A stretch of 64,000 bases of DNA from Candidatus Bathyarchaeota archaeon (GTDB lineage: Archaea > Thermoproteota > Bathyarchaeia > TCS64). Shown piece after piece: positions 18,128 through 28,031 of this stretch; position 1 is the first letter of the stretch, and every line of letters starts with the position of its first letter. The DNA lies in the NCBI GenBank assembly GCA_043826455.1, contig JBDRQD010000055.1:177-64176 (forward strand), given 5' to 3'. The notes under the pieces are model-generated. The model was not told where the DNA came from and ran no database searches. It worked only from the letters and a program-made list of their open reading frames with translations. A program made the position numbers and the translations under genes.

Positions 18128-21100
18128 ATGAGCAAAGTAGGAGCCGTGCTGGTGGTCGGCGGAGGCATCACGGGAATCCAGGCCAGCCTTGACCTGGCCG
18201 ACGCCGGGTTCAAGGTCTACCTCATGGACCGGGAGCCCACCATCGGCGGCGTCATGACCCAGCTGGACAAGACTTTCCCCACCAACGACTGCGCCATGTG
18301 CATCCTGGCGCCCAAGCTCGTCGGGGCGGGCAGGCACCCCAACATAGAGCTCCTCATCTACACGGAGCTGGTGGACCTGAAGGGCGATGAAGGAGACTTC
18401 ACAGCCGTCCTCCGCAGAAAGGCCAGAAGCGTCGACCCGGAGAAGTGCACGGGCTGCGGCGACTGCGCCAAGAAGTGCCCCGTGGAGGCCATCGACGAGT
18501 ACAACGAGGGAATGGCTAAACGCAGCGCCTCATACATAAAGTACCCGCAGGCCGTGCCCCTGGTCGCCACCATCGACAAGTCAAAGTGCATAGGCTGCGG
18601 CATCTGCTCCGAGGTCTGCAAGGCCGAGGCCATCTTCTACGACGACAGCGACGTCACAGCCGAACTCAAGGTAGGCTCAGTCATCCTGAGCCCAGGCTTC
18701 CAAGCCTTCGACCCCAGCATCCTCACCGAGTACGGGTACGGCAGGTACCCCAACGTGGTCACCAGCATGGAGTTCGAGCGCATCCTCAGCGCCACAGGCC
18801 CCTACAGGGGCGTGGTCATGAGGCCAAGCGACGGCGACCTCCCCAGGCGGGTGGCGTTCCTCCAGTGCATTGGTTCGCGGGACGAGCGCATCGGCAACCC
18901 CTACTGCAGCGGCGTATGCTGCATGTACGCCATGAAAGAGGCCGTCATAGCCCAGGAGCACAACCCTGGCCTGGAGGCCACCATATTCTTCATGGATCTC
19001 CGCGCCTTCGGCAAGGAGTTCGACGACTACTACATACGGGCGGAGAAGGAGCACGAGATCAGGTTCATCAGGAGCAGGGTCGCCTCCACCCGGCAGGTGC
19101 CGGGCAGCCGCGACGTCCTCCTCAGCTACGAGCTGGACGGCGAGGTAAAGGAGGAGAGTTTCGACATGGTGGTCCTCAGCGTCGGCCTGAACCCGCCCGA
19201 GGACTCGGGGGACCTCGCCGACGCGGCGGGCATCGAGCTGAACCGCTACGGGTTCGCCAAGACCAGCCTATTCAAGCCCCTGGAGACCACGAGGCCCGGC
19301 GTCTACGTGGCCGGGGCCTTCCATGGCCCCAAGGACATCCCGGACAGCGTGGCCCAGGCAAGCGGTGCGGCCGCCAAGGCCGCCAGGCTCATCGCGCCGG
19401 AGCGGGGCAAGCTCATCACCAAGGTGGAGTACCCCGCCGAGAAGCCTGTGGTGGGGGAGGAGCCCCGCGTCGGCGTCTTCGTGTGCCACTGCGGTATCAA
19501 CATCGGCGGCGTCGTGGGTGTCAACGAGGTGGTGGAGTACGCCAGGACGCTGCCCAACGTTGTCTACGCGGAGCAGAACCTGTACACGTGCAGCCAGGAC
19601 ACCCAGGACAAGATCAGGGAGACCATCAAGGAGCACAACCTCAACCGCGTGATAGTCGCCAGTTGCACCCCTCGAACCCACGAACCACTGTTCAGGGCGA
19701 CCCTGAAGGAAGCTGGGCTGAACGAGTACCTCTTCGAGATGGCTAACATCAGGGACCAGTGCAGCTGGGTCCACATGCACGAGCATGACAAGGCTACTCA
19801 GAAGAGCAAGGACCTTGTGCGCATGGCTGTGGCCAAGGCGCGGCTCCTGGAGCCCCTGGAGAAGCCGGTCATCAAGACCACGCCCGTGGCCCTCGTCATA
19901 GGTGGCGGCCTCACCGGCATGACCAGCGCCTTGGAGATAGCGGATCAGGGCTACCAGGTGCACCTCGTGGAGAAAACCGGCGAGCTGGGAGGCAACCTAC
20001 GGAATATAAAGTTCGTGCCCACCGGCGAGGACCCCGAGAAGGAACTAAAAGCGCTGATCAAGAGGGTCAGCAAGCACAAGAAGATCAGTGTCCACCTGAA
20101 CACTCAGGTGGCCGACGCCCACGGCTACATAGGCAACTTCGAGTCCACCCTGGTGAGCTCGGAGGCTGAGACCGTGGTGAACCACGGCGTGGCCATCTTG
20201 GCAACGGGCGGCGTCGAGTACAAGCCCAAGGAGTACATGTACGGGGCGCCGGGCGTCATGACCCAGTTTGAGCTGGAGTCTAGGCTCCACGAGGGCTACA
20301 GGCCGGGCTCCGTGGTCATGATCCAGTGCGTGGGCTCCAGGTGCGAGGAACGCACCTACTGCTCAAGGGTGTGCTGCACGGGCGCCGTGACCAACGCGTT
20401 AAAGATCAAGGAAGTAAACCCGGACGCCGATGTTTACGTGCTCTACAAGGACATGAGGACCTACGGGTTCAAGGAGGACTACTATCGGGCGGCGGCGGAT
20501 AAGGGCGTCGTCTTCATCAGGTACACGGACGAGGACAAACCGGTTGTCGAGGCCAAGGGCGGCCTCACCGTCACGGTTACCGACCCTGTGCTGAATGAGA
20601 AGGTGGAGCTGCCCGCGGACGCCGTGGTGCTGGCTGCAGCCGTGCTGCCTCAGGAGGACAACGGTAAGCTAGCGGGTATCTACAAGGTGCCCCTCAGCAA
20701 GGATGGGTTCTTCCTGGAGGCCCACATGAAGCTGAGGCCCCTGGACTTCGCCACGGACGGCGTCTTCCTGGCCGGCCTGGCCCACGGACCCAAAACCGTG
20801 GACGAGTGCATCAGCCAGGCGTCCGGTGCGGCCGCCAGGGCGTTAACCATCCTCAGCCAGCCCACCATCGAGGTGGAGGGCGCCATCGCCAATGTGGACG
20901 AGGACAGGTGCAGCGGCTGCAGGATGTGCGAGAACGTCTGCGAGTTCAAGGCCATTGAGATGGTGGAAGAAGAGGACGGCAAGGTCCACAGCCACGTCAT
21001 ACCCGAGGTCTGCAAGGGCTGCGGCGTATGCGTGGCCACGTGCCCGTCGGGCGCCATCACGGCCGGCCACTTCACGGACCCGGAGATACTTAGCCAGGTC

Positions 21101-21130
21101 CGAGCCGCCCTGCAGGAGGTGAAGGCATGA
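18128..21130 (+). CDS. hdrA: Fused two-module HdrA (collinear with 14375..15676 plus 15676..17358)
   Basis: 1000 aa. The N-half has GGGITGIQASLDLADAG, GGVMTQLDKTFPTNDCAMCILAPK, CTGCGDCAKKCP and CIGCGICSEVC. The C-half has RVGVFVCHCGINIGG, NIRDQCSWVH, GGGLTGMTSALEIADQG, CSGCRMCENVC and CKGCGVCVATCP. Confidence 0.9.
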   Translation: MSKVGAVLVVGGGITGIQASLDLADAGFKVYLMDREPTIGGVMTQLDKTFPTNDCAMCILAPKLVGAGRHPNIELLIYTELVDLKGDEGDFTAVLRRKARSVDPEKCTGCGDCAKKCPVEAIDEYNEGMAKRSASYIKYPQAVPLVATIDKSKCIGCGICSEVCKAEAIFYDDSDVTAELKVGSVILSPGFQAFDPSILTEYGYGRYPNVVTSMEFERILSATGPYRGVVMRPSDGDLPRRVAFLQCIGSRDERIGNPYCSGVCCMYAMKEAVIAQEHNPGLEATIFFMDLRAFGKEFDDYYIRAEKEHEIRFIRSRVASTRQVPGSRDVLLSYELDGEVKEESFDMVVLSVGLNPPEDSGDLADAAGIELNRYGFAKTSLFKPLETTRPGVYVAGAFHGPKDIPDSVAQASGAAAKAARLIAPERGKLITKVEYPAEKPVVGEEPRVGVFVCHCGINIGGVVGVNEVVEYARTLPNVVYAEQNLYTCSQDTQDKIRETIKEHNLNRVIVASCTPRTHEPLFRATLKEAGLNEYLFEMANIRDQCSWVHMHEHDKATQKSKDLVRMAVAKARLLEPLEKPVIKTTPVALVIGGGLTGMTSALEIADQGYQVHLVEKTGELGGNLRNIKFVPTGEDPEKELKALIKRVSKHKKISVHLNTQVADAHGYIGNFESTLVSSEAETVVNHGVAILATGGVEYKPKEYMYGAPGVMTQFELESRLHEGYRPGSVVMIQCVGSRCEERTYCSRVCCTGAVTNALKIKEVNPDADVYVLYKDMRTYGFKEDYYRAAADKGVVFIRYTDEDKPVVEAKGGLTVTVTDPVLNEKVELPADAVVLAAAVLPQEDNGKLAGIYKVPLSKDGFFLEAHMKLRPLDFATDGVFLAGLAHGPKTVDECISQASGAAARALTILSQPTIEVEGAIANVDEDRCSGCRMCENVCEFKAIEMVEEEDGKVHSHVIPEVCKGCGVCVATCPSGAITAGHFTDPEILSQVRAALQEVKA

Positions 21131-21558
21131 GCTACGAGCCCAAGATAGTCGGATTTCTATGTAACTGGTGCAGCTACGCCGGCGCTGATCTTGCCGGCGT
21201 TAGCAGGTTCCAGTACCCCACAAACCTGAGGGTCATCAGGGTCATGTGCAGCGGCAGGGTTCACCCCGCCCACATCCTGGAAGCGTTCAAGAATGGAGCA
21301 GATGGCGTGCTGGTTGCCGGGTGCCACCCGCCCAACGACTGCCACTACATCTCAGGAAACCTGAAGGCCAAGAGACGCGTCGCCATGCTGAAGAAGCTCA
21401 TGGACCAAATGGGCATGGACCCGGAGCGGCTCCGGCTGGAGTGGGTGAGCGCCGCCGAGGGCGAAAAGTTCGCCAGGCTGGTCACCGAGTTCACCAACAT
21501 GCTGAAGGATAAGGGGCCATGCCAGTTGAAGGCTGTACTCGCACAGGAGGCCGACTAG
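21127..21558 (+). CDS. mvhD: MvhD (methyl-viologen-reducing hydrogenase delta subunit), stand-alone
   Basis: IVGFLCNWCSYAGADL, RVMCSGRVHP and VAGCHPPNDCHY. 143 aa. ATGA overlap with the upstream hdrA. Confidence 0.9.
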   Translation: MSYEPKIVGFLCNWCSYAGADLAGVSRFQYPTNLRVIRVMCSGRVHPAHILEAFKNGADGVLVAGCHPPNDCHYISGNLKAKRRVAMLKKLMDQMGMDPERLRLEWVSAAEGEKFARLVTEFTNMLKDKGPCQLKAVLAQEAD

Positions 21559-21559
21559 G

Positions 21560-22066
21560 ATGACCATCAAGGTAACAGAGGAAGCCAAGGAGTTCAGGAA
21601 ACGGGTTCTGGAGACCCCCGGCGCTGAGAAGATCATGCACTGCTACCAGTGCGGAACCTGCACAGCCGACTGCCCCATAGCCAAACGAGTGAAGGAGTTC
21701 AGGCCCAGGCAGATAGCCCGGCTGGTCATGTACGGCCAGAAGGAGAGGCTCATGGAGGGCGACCTCCTGTACCTGTGCGCGGGCTGCTACACGTGCTACG
21801 AGCACTGCCCCCAGGAGGTCCACGTAAGCGAGATCGTCTCAGCCCTGCGCAAGATGAGCCTCAACGAGGGCCACCTGCTGCCCGGGTTCAAGGCATTGAT
21901 GGAGGGCGTCGCCGAGATGGGGTACATCTACGAGATCGACGAGTTCGCCAACGAGATGAGGGAGGACGATGATCTGCCCCCGGCCCCCGAGCCCGACACG
22001 GACGGCATAGAGGCCGTCATGAGGGCTACAGGGTTCCTAGGCAAAGTGGAGGCGAGCACACGATGA
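21560..22066 (+). CDS. hdrC: Heterodisulfide reductase subunit C-like (copy 3)
   Basis: CYQCGTCTADCP and CAGCYTCYEHCP. Confidence 0.85.
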   Translation: MTIKVTEEAKEFRKRVLETPGAEKIMHCYQCGTCTADCPIAKRVKEFRPRQIARLVMYGQKERLMEGDLLYLCAGCYTCYEHCPQEVHVSEIVSALRKMSLNEGHLLPGFKALMEGVAEMGYIYEIDEFANEMREDDDLPPAPEPDTDGIEAVMRATGFLGKVEASTR

Positions 22067-22923
22067 AGTACGCTTTCTTCGTGGGCTGCACGGTGCTCAG
22101 CAGGCTGCCCGGCTACGAGAAGTCGGCCCGGAAGTTGGCCGAGAAGCTGGGCGTCGAGCTGCTGGACATGCCCGGGTCAGGGTGCTGCGGCACCACATAC
22201 CTGGAGACCCTGGACCACAAGACCGGCCTGGCCGTCGCGGCCCGCAACATCGCCATAGCCGAGGAGATGGGCCACGACATAGTCACAGTGTGCAACGGGT
22301 GCACCGAGGTGCTCACCAAGGCCAACAAGGAGCTCAAGGAGAACCCCGAGCTGAGGGCCGAGGTGAACGAGGTTCTAGCTGAGGCGGGGAAGGAGTTCAA
22401 GGGCACCGTGGAGGTCAAACACTACGTCAGGATGTTGAAAGAGGACGTGGGCCTGGACGCCATCAAGGAGAAGGTGGAGCACAGCTTCAAGGGCTTCAAG
22501 GTGGCCAGCCACTACGGGTGCCACATGCTGAAGCCGGCCGAGATACTGATGAGCGACGACCCCGAGAACCCGACGGTGATGGATGAGCTGGTGGCCGCCA
22601 CAGGTGCCGAGCCCGTGGAGTACCCCAGCAAGCTGGAGTGCTGCGCCGGCCCTGTCATGGGGGTCCGGGAGGCGGTCACCTGGAGCGTCGGCATGGACAA
22701 GGTCAAGGAGGTCCAGCAGTACGGCGACGCCCTGGTTACCGCGTGCCCCTTCTGCTACCTCACCTTCGAGCGGTGCCAGCTCATGCAGGAGAACAACCCC
22801 AACCTGCCGGTGCTGCACATTCCCCAGCTCCTGGGCCTGGCCATGGGCCTGGACCCGGACGAGGTGGGGCTCAGCCACAACAAGGTGGGAGCTAAGGCGG
22901 TGGCCGGGAGGCTGGAGGGATAA
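22063..22923 (+). CDS. hdrB: Heterodisulfide reductase subunit B-like (copy 3)
   Basis: GCCGTTYL, ECCAGPVM and TACPFCYLTFE. ATGA overlap with hdrC copy 3. Confidence 0.85.
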   Translation: MKYAFFVGCTVLSRLPGYEKSARKLAEKLGVELLDMPGSGCCGTTYLETLDHKTGLAVAARNIAIAEEMGHDIVTVCNGCTEVLTKANKELKENPELRAEVNEVLAEAGKEFKGTVEVKHYVRMLKEDVGLDAIKEKVEHSFKGFKVASHYGCHMLKPAEILMSDDPENPTVMDELVAATGAEPVEYPSKLECCAGPVMGVREAVTWSVGMDKVKEVQQYGDALVTACPFCYLTFERCQLMQENNPNLPVLHIPQLLGLAMGLDPDEVGLSHNKVGAKAVAGRLEG

Positions 22924-22925
22924 CC

Positions 22926-23894
22926 ATGGGTAAGCTGAAGTTCGGGTTCTACTGGGCGGCCAGCTGCGGAGGCTGCGAGATCGCGGTCCTGGATGTGGAC
23001 GAGGCCATACTGGAGGTGCTGGACGTGGCCGAGGTGCTGTTCTGGCCCGTGGCCATGGACATCAAGTACAAGGACGTCGAGGCCATGCCGGACGGCCACA
23101 TGGATGTCGTCTTCTTCAACGGAGCCATAAGGAACAGCGAGCAGGAGCACCTGGCCAAGCTGCTCAGGAGGAAAGCCAAGTTCGTGGTGGCCTTCGGCTC
23201 CTGCGCCTACACGGGCGGGGTCCCCGGCCTGGCTAATGTGGCTGACAGGGAAGAGGTCTTCGACAGAGCCTACCTCTCGTCACCCTCCACAGTCAACCCG
23301 GAGAACCATGTGCCCCAGACGGAGTACCAGGTGCCCGAAGGCAAGGTGCATCTCCCGGTATTCTACGACACCGTGGTGCCCCTGGACAGGGTGGTGGACG
23401 TAGACTACTACCTGCCTGGGTGCCCACCCCCGTCGAGCCTTGTACTCAACGCGGTGAGGGCCATAGCCTCCGGTAACCTGCCCCCCAAGGGCTCCATACT
23501 GGCCCCGGAGCTGGCAGTGTGCGACGAGTGCCCACGGAAGAAGGAGGACAAACAGATCACGGAGATCAAGCGCATCGTGGACCACGTCCCGGAGCCCGAG
23601 AAGTGCCTGCTGGAGCAGGGATTCATCTGCATGGGCCCGGCCACCAGAGGCGGCTGCGAGGCCCAGTGCATCAACGCCAACATGCCTTGCACCGGCTGCG
23701 GCGGCGCGCTGCCCGGAGCAATAGAGCAGGGCTCGGCCATGATCTCTGCCCTCTCGACCATACTCGGGCTGGCGGCGGAGAAGGAGGAAGGCTTCGACTT
23801 CGAGGAGCTCCTCGCCCAGCTGAAGGACCCTGTGGGCACCTTCTACAAGTACTCGCTGGCTGACAGCATCATCAGCAGGAGGATCAAACGATGA
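22926..23894 (+). CDS. mvhG: [NiFe] hydrogenase small subunit, F420-non-reducing (Mvh, group 3c-like)
   Basis: [15 protein letters not shown] near the N-terminus, plus multiple distal Cys clusters ([27 protein letters not shown]). It sits directly upstream of the large subunit. Confidence 0.85.
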   Translation: MGKLKFGFYWAASCGGCEIAVLDVDEAILEVLDVAEVLFWPVAMDIKYKDVEAMPDGHMDVVFFNGAIRNSEQEHLAKLLRRKAKFVVAFGSCAYTGGVPGLANVADREEVFDRAYLSSPSTVNPENHVPQTEYQVPEGKVHLPVFYDTVVPLDRVVDVDYYLPGCPPPSSLVLNAVRAIASGNLPPKGSILAPELAVCDECPRKKEDKQITEIKRIVDHVPEPEKCLLEQGFICMGPATRGGCEAQCINANMPCTGCGGALPGAIEQGSAMISALSTILGLAAEKEEGFDFEELLAQLKDPVGTFYKYSLADSIISRRIKR

Positions 23895-25348
23895 AGACCA
23901 TAACCATAGACCCCATCACTAGGCTGGAGGGCCACGGCAAGATAGAGATATTCCTCAACGACAGGGGAGACGTGGAGAACGCGTACCTCCAGATACCGGA
24001 GCTCCGAGGCTTCGAGCGGTTCTGCGAGGGACGCAGAGCCGAGGACATGCCCATCATCACGCCCCGCATCTGCGGCGTCTGCCCGGTGGCCCACCACTTC
24101 GCAGCCACCAAGGCCCTGGACGCCTGCTACGGCGTGGAGCCCACGGAGACGGCTAAGAAACTAAGGGAGCTAATGAACTGCGGATACTACGTATACGACC
24201 ACACCCTCCACTTCTACTTCCTCGGCGGACCCGACTTCGTGGTGGGCCCAGATGCGCCGGCTGCGGAGCGCAACATCTTCGGCGTCCTCAAGAAGGTGGG
24301 CCTGGACGTGGGCAAGGAGGTCATCAAGCACCGAGCCTACGGCCAAAGGATCACAGAGATACTAGGAGGCAAGGCCACCCACCCAACGTGTGGAGTGCCC
24401 GGCGGCATCAGCAAGGGGCTGAACGAGGAGGAGCGCCAGAGCATCGAGGACATGGCCAGGAGCAGCATCAAGTTCGCCAAGTTCACCCTCGGCGTCTTCA
24501 ACGACATAGTGCTCGCCAACCAGAACTACGTGGACCTCATCCTCAGCGACCCCTTCCAACTGGACACCTACAACATGGGCACCGTGGACAAGAACAACCA
24601 CGTCAACTTCATCGACGGAGACATAAGGGTCACCGACCAGAAAGGCAGGGAGTACGTCAAGTTCGGGGACCAGGAGTACCTGGACCACATATGCGAGCAC
24701 GTGGAGCCCTGGACCTACAGCAAGTTCACCTACCTCAAGAACGTGGGCTGGAACGGCTTCACGGACGGCCCCGAGAGCGGCATCTACAGGGTAGGCCCCC
24801 TGGGCAGGCTCAACGCAGCCGACGGCATGGCCACGCCCCAGGCAAACGAGGAGTACAAACGCATGTTCAAGACCCTGGGCGGGAGGCCGGTGCAATCTAC
24901 TCTGGCCTTCCACTGGGCGCGCCTCGTGGAGCTCCTCTACGCAGCGGAGCGCGCACTGGAGCTAGCCAAGGACCCGGGGATCACTGACACGGACCTAAGG
25001 AACCCGGTGGGCGAGCCCGGCGAAGGCGTAGGCATAGTCGAAGCAGCCAGAGGCACCCTGATCCACCACTACAAGCTCGACGAGGAGGGCCTCGTGAAGA
25101 AGGCCAACCTCATCGTGGCCACCACCAACAACTACGCCGACATCTGCATGAGCATCAGGGACGCAGCCAAGGGCCTGATAAAGGGCGGAAACGTCAACGA
25201 CGGCCTCCTCAACATGGTGGAGATGAGCTTCAGAGCCTACGACCCCTGCTTCGGCTGCAGCACCCACGCCCTCCCCGGGCAGATGCCCCTCAGAGTCAAC
25301 ATATACGACAGCGACAAGCAGCACCTAAAAACCGTGCAGAGAGGCTAA
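23891..25348 (+). CDS. mvhA: [NiFe] hydrogenase large subunit, F420-non-reducing (Mvh, group 3c-like)
   Basis: RLEGHGKI, N-terminal ligand motif [12 protein letters not shown], and C-terminal ligand motif DPCFGCSTH followed by a 25-aa tail. Confidence 0.9.
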   Translation: MKTITIDPITRLEGHGKIEIFLNDRGDVENAYLQIPELRGFERFCEGRRAEDMPIITPRICGVCPVAHHFAATKALDACYGVEPTETAKKLRELMNCGYYVYDHTLHFYFLGGPDFVVGPDAPAAERNIFGVLKKVGLDVGKEVIKHRAYGQRITEILGGKATHPTCGVPGGISKGLNEEERQSIEDMARSSIKFAKFTLGVFNDIVLANQNYVDLILSDPFQLDTYNMGTVDKNNHVNFIDGDIRVTDQKGREYVKFGDQEYLDHICEHVEPWTYSKFTYLKNVGWNGFTDGPESGIYRVGPLGRLNAADGMATPQANEEYKRMFKTLGGRPVQSTLAFHWARLVELLYAAERALELAKDPGITDTDLRNPVGEPGEGVGIVEAARGTLIHHYKLDEEGLVKKANLIVATTNNYADICMSIRDAAKGLIKGGNVNDGLLNMVEMSFRAYDPCFGCSTHALPGQMPLRVNIYDSDKQHLKTVQRG

Positions 25349-25354
25349 CCAGGC

Positions 25355-25801
25355 TTGAGGACCCTCGTCATCGGCGTGGGCAACCTCCTCAGGTGCGACG
25401 ACGGGGCCGGCGTCCACGTCGTCAACCGCCTGAAAAGTGAGGCGCCCCACATCGACGCCGAGGACGTTGCCATGGGGAGCATAGAGATCCTTGAAGCCAT
25501 GAAGGGCTACGACAGAGTCATCATAGTGGACTCTGTGAAGACGGGCGCAGAGCCCGGCACAGTTTTCCTCGTCAACATAACAGGGGGCGATGAGCCCCCC
25601 GTCATCGGGTCCAGCCACGGGGTGGACCTGGTGACCACTCTGCGCCTGGGGGCCACCCTCTTCCCCGAGGAGATGCCCGGGGAGCAGATCATCATCGGCG
25701 TCGAGGCGGGGGACATCACCACCCTGAGCGAGGAGTGCACGCCGCCCGTGGAAGCCGCTATAAATAGGGTCGTAGAAGAGATCATCTCACTCGTGGGTTA
25801 G
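25355..25801 (+). CDS. Hydrogenase maturation endopeptidase (HycI/FrhD/HoxM family)
   Basis: LVIGVGNLLRCDDGAGVHV and SSHG motifs. 148 aa, TTG start, immediately after mvhA. Confidence 0.8.
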   Translation: MRTLVIGVGNLLRCDDGAGVHVVNRLKSEAPHIDAEDVAMGSIEILEAMKGYDRVIIVDSVKTGAEPGTVFLVNITGGDEPPVIGSSHGVDLVTTLRLGATLFPEEMPGEQIIIGVEAGDITTLSEECTPPVEAAINRVVEEIISLVG

Positions 25802-25804
25802 CAG

Positions 25805-26419
25805 ATGCGGTCGGCGGTGATCCTCGCGGGGGGCTCCTCCAGGCGCCTCGGATACGATAAAGGACTCAGGGCTCTGGCTGGTAAACCTCTCGTATCCTAC
25901 GCCGTTGACGCCTTGAGGCCGCTTGTGGACGAGGTGATACTTGTGGTGGCCTCAGACGCCCAGCGCGGATCATACCGTGCAAGCCTCCCCGCCTCAGTCA
26001 AGATATCGGTTGACATGTACCCGGGCGGCTCACCCCTCGTGGGCCTCATCACCGGCCTCACAGAGGCCCGCGGAGACTACGCCCTCGTCACGGGGTGCGA
26101 CATGCCCTTCATCAGCCCGGGCCCCGTGGAGCTCCTATTCAGCAGAGGTGAGGGTAGGGACGGCGCCGTCTTCCTGAAGCCCAACGGCTGGATCGAGCCG
26201 CTGCTAGCCGTCTACAGGGCGGACACGTGTCTGCCCGAGGCGCTGCGTCTCCTCAGGGCGGAGGACCTTCGCATCAGGATGGTGTTAAGAAACCTCAGGG
26301 ATGTGGCGTATGTTCCCGCATCGAGCCTCGGCGTTGACCCTGAGCTGCTTTTCTTCGACGCGGACACGGAGGAGAGGCTGGCGGAGGCTGAGCGCCTAAT
26401 CGTGAGCCGTAGGACTTGA
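25805..26419 (+). CDS. mobA: Molybdenum cofactor guanylyltransferase
   Basis: AVILAGGSSRRLGYDKG nucleotide-binding motif. ~200 aa. TGCDMPF motif. Confidence 0.8.
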   Translation: MRSAVILAGGSSRRLGYDKGLRALAGKPLVSYAVDALRPLVDEVILVVASDAQRGSYRASLPASVKISVDMYPGGSPLVGLITGLTEARGDYALVTGCDMPFISPGPVELLFSRGEGRDGAVFLKPNGWIEPLLAVYRADTCLPEALRLLRAEDLRIRMVLRNLRDVAYVPASSLGVDPELLFFDADTEERLAEAERLIVSRRT

Positions 26420-26433
26420 TGGAGAAGTGTACA

Positions 26434-26488
26434 GGTTAATGGGTGATGTTGTGAAAACATTAACCGGGCTTTTGTAATTATAGTTTTT
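26434..26488 (+). terminator. Candidate terminator of the hdr/mvh/mobA transcription unit (hairpin plus T-tracts)
   Basis: GGTTAATG (26434..26441) pairs with CATTAACC (26458..26465), followed by gggcttttgtaattatagttttta. Archaeal termination typically uses oligo-T tracts. Confidence 0.35.
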
Positions 26489-26592
26489 ACTGGTATATAT
26501 TTATTGGCCGAGCCTCTAGTATTACACGTATATATAATATTACTGCAATATTTATCGAGAGGGCCCCCGTTCATACGTGCCGGTGATTAAAA

Positions 26593-26919
26593 GTGAACGC
26601 ACCATGGCACAATGTGGTCCAAAAGGTCCTTGATAAGGACGACTCGCCTGTGAAGAACTTCCCAGGAAACTCGGACAAAAAGTACGGATACTTGGTCCTC
26701 ACGAAAAAGAAGCTGGTATTCGTTCAGGAGAAGGGGTTATTCTCTAAGAGCTATGAGGTGGTCTGGGACCTACCTTACAACGGCTTGAAGGAGTTCAAGC
26801 AGTCGGACAAGTACAAGATCGAGTTAAACGGCGGAGACAAGAAGTACATCGTCGAAACAGGCGAGCTCAACCCGAAGATAGTGCTAAACGCCATACAGGA
26901 CGCGAATGGAAGCCATTAA
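26593..26919 (+). CDS. Small hypothetical protein, possibly PH/GRAM-like fold
   Basis: 108 aa with lower GC than its neighbours. GYLVLTKKKLVFVQEKG resembles bacterial PH-domain strands. GTG start is uncertain. Confidence 0.4.
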   Translation: MNAPWHNVVQKVLDKDDSPVKNFPGNSDKKYGYLVLTKKKLVFVQEKGLFSKSYEVVWDLPYNGLKEFKQSDKYKIELNGGDKKYIVETGELNPKIVLNAIQDANGSH

Positions 26920-26969
26920 CCTGTAACCACCTTACGGCGTCTAGATCAGCTCATCTTTTTCTCATCTGC

Positions 26970-28031
26970 TTAAAGCAAACCGGTTGCATGCTCTCTGAGA
27001 CGTGTGGCCTCCGCCTCGTCGTCGAGGCCCTCGATGATGGTGACGCCCGACGCCAGTACGCTGCCCTTCACCCTGCCCCGAGTGAATGTGGTGCCCATCC
27101 TGGCCCTCACAGTCAGCTCGCAGCCGTTCTCCTCCAGGCGCCTGTTCACCTCCTCCAGGTCCAGTCCCTGGTCCTCTTCGGGGGAGAAGACGAACACCCT
27201 TCTGCCCTCCCTGCCACATATCTCCTCAGGAGAGACGTGGCCTATCGGGGCCGGCTCGCCTCTGGGAGAGGAACCGCAGACCGGACACGACTCAACCTTG
27301 GCCAGGGTGATCTTCTCCAGGGACAGGTCGCTAAGGTCGGCGAAGAGGAGCCTGTTGGCCAGGACTGGTTTCTCGCCCAGGAGCAGCTTGATGGTCTCGC
27401 TTACCTGGACGCTGGCTATGAGGCCGATGACCGATGGGTGGACCCCCATGACGGCGCAGCTGGGGAGGCCCGCGTCGTCTATGCCTCCTTGGAAGCACTC
27501 CAGGCACGCCGTCTCCCCTGGGATGATGGTGGTGGCGTTTCCCACCTGCATTATGACGGCCCCGTGGACGAAAGGAATGCCCAGCCTCTGGGTGGCCCTG
27601 TTCAAGGCGTACCTGGCCCTCATGGAGTCCAAGGCGTCCACCACCACATCCGCCCCAGCTATGATCCTCTCGGCGTTCCCCGGGGTCACCGACAGGGGCA
27701 CAGGCTCCACGTCTATGAATGGGTTGAGTTCCCTCAGCCTCCTCTCCGCGGCCTCCACCTTGGGAACCCCGATGACGTGGACCCCGTAGAGGTGCTGCCT
27801 CTGGAGGTTGGACAACTCCACTATGTCCCTGTCCACAACCCTCAGGGTGCCCACCCCCATGCTGGCCAGCTGGGTGAGGATGGGGCTTCCCAAGCCCCCC
27901 GCACCCACGACGCACACCTTGCTCTCCCTGAGCCTCCTCTGGCCCTCAAGGCCAATTTCCTTCAATACCATCTGCCTCGAGTAGTAGTCCATCTCATTCT
28001 CGGTGAAGTCTCTGGGCGTGGGACGAGTCAT
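26970..28031 (-). CDS. moeB: ThiF/MoeB/UbaA-type E1-like adenylyltransferase with an uncharacterised ~100-aa C-terminal extension
   Basis: YSRQMVL, VCVVGAGGLGSPILTQLASMGVG, DRDIVELSNLQRQ, and Zn-site CxxC pairs (ACLEC, CPVC). I prefer ATG 28031 (MTRPTPRDFTENEMDYYSRQ) to the track's TTG 28109. Confidence 0.85.
   Translation of the reverse strand: MTRPTPRDFTENEMDYYSRQMVLKEIGLEGQRRLRESKVCVVGAGGLGSPILTQLASMGVGTLRVVDRDIVELSNLQRQHLYGVHVIGVPKVEAAERRLRELNPFIDVEPVPLSVTPGNAERIIAGADVVVDALDSMRARYALNRATQRLGIPFVHGAVIMQVGNATTIIPGETACLECFQGGIDDAGLPSCAVMGVHPSVIGLIASVQVSETIKLLLGEKPVLANRLLFADLSDLSLEKITLAKVESCPVCGSSPRGEPAPIGHVSPEEICGREGRRVFVFSPEEDQGLDLEEVNRRLEENGCELTVRARMGTTFTRGRVKGSVLASGVTIIEGLDDEAEATRLREHATGLL

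Noticed and set aside
18586-19746. 386-aa plus-strand alternate-frame ORF, and a 231-aa minus-strand ORF (19268..19963), inside the fused hdrA
   Set aside because: The translations are Arg/Gly/Pro/His-rich frame artefacts. The HdrA frame has all the cofactor motifs.
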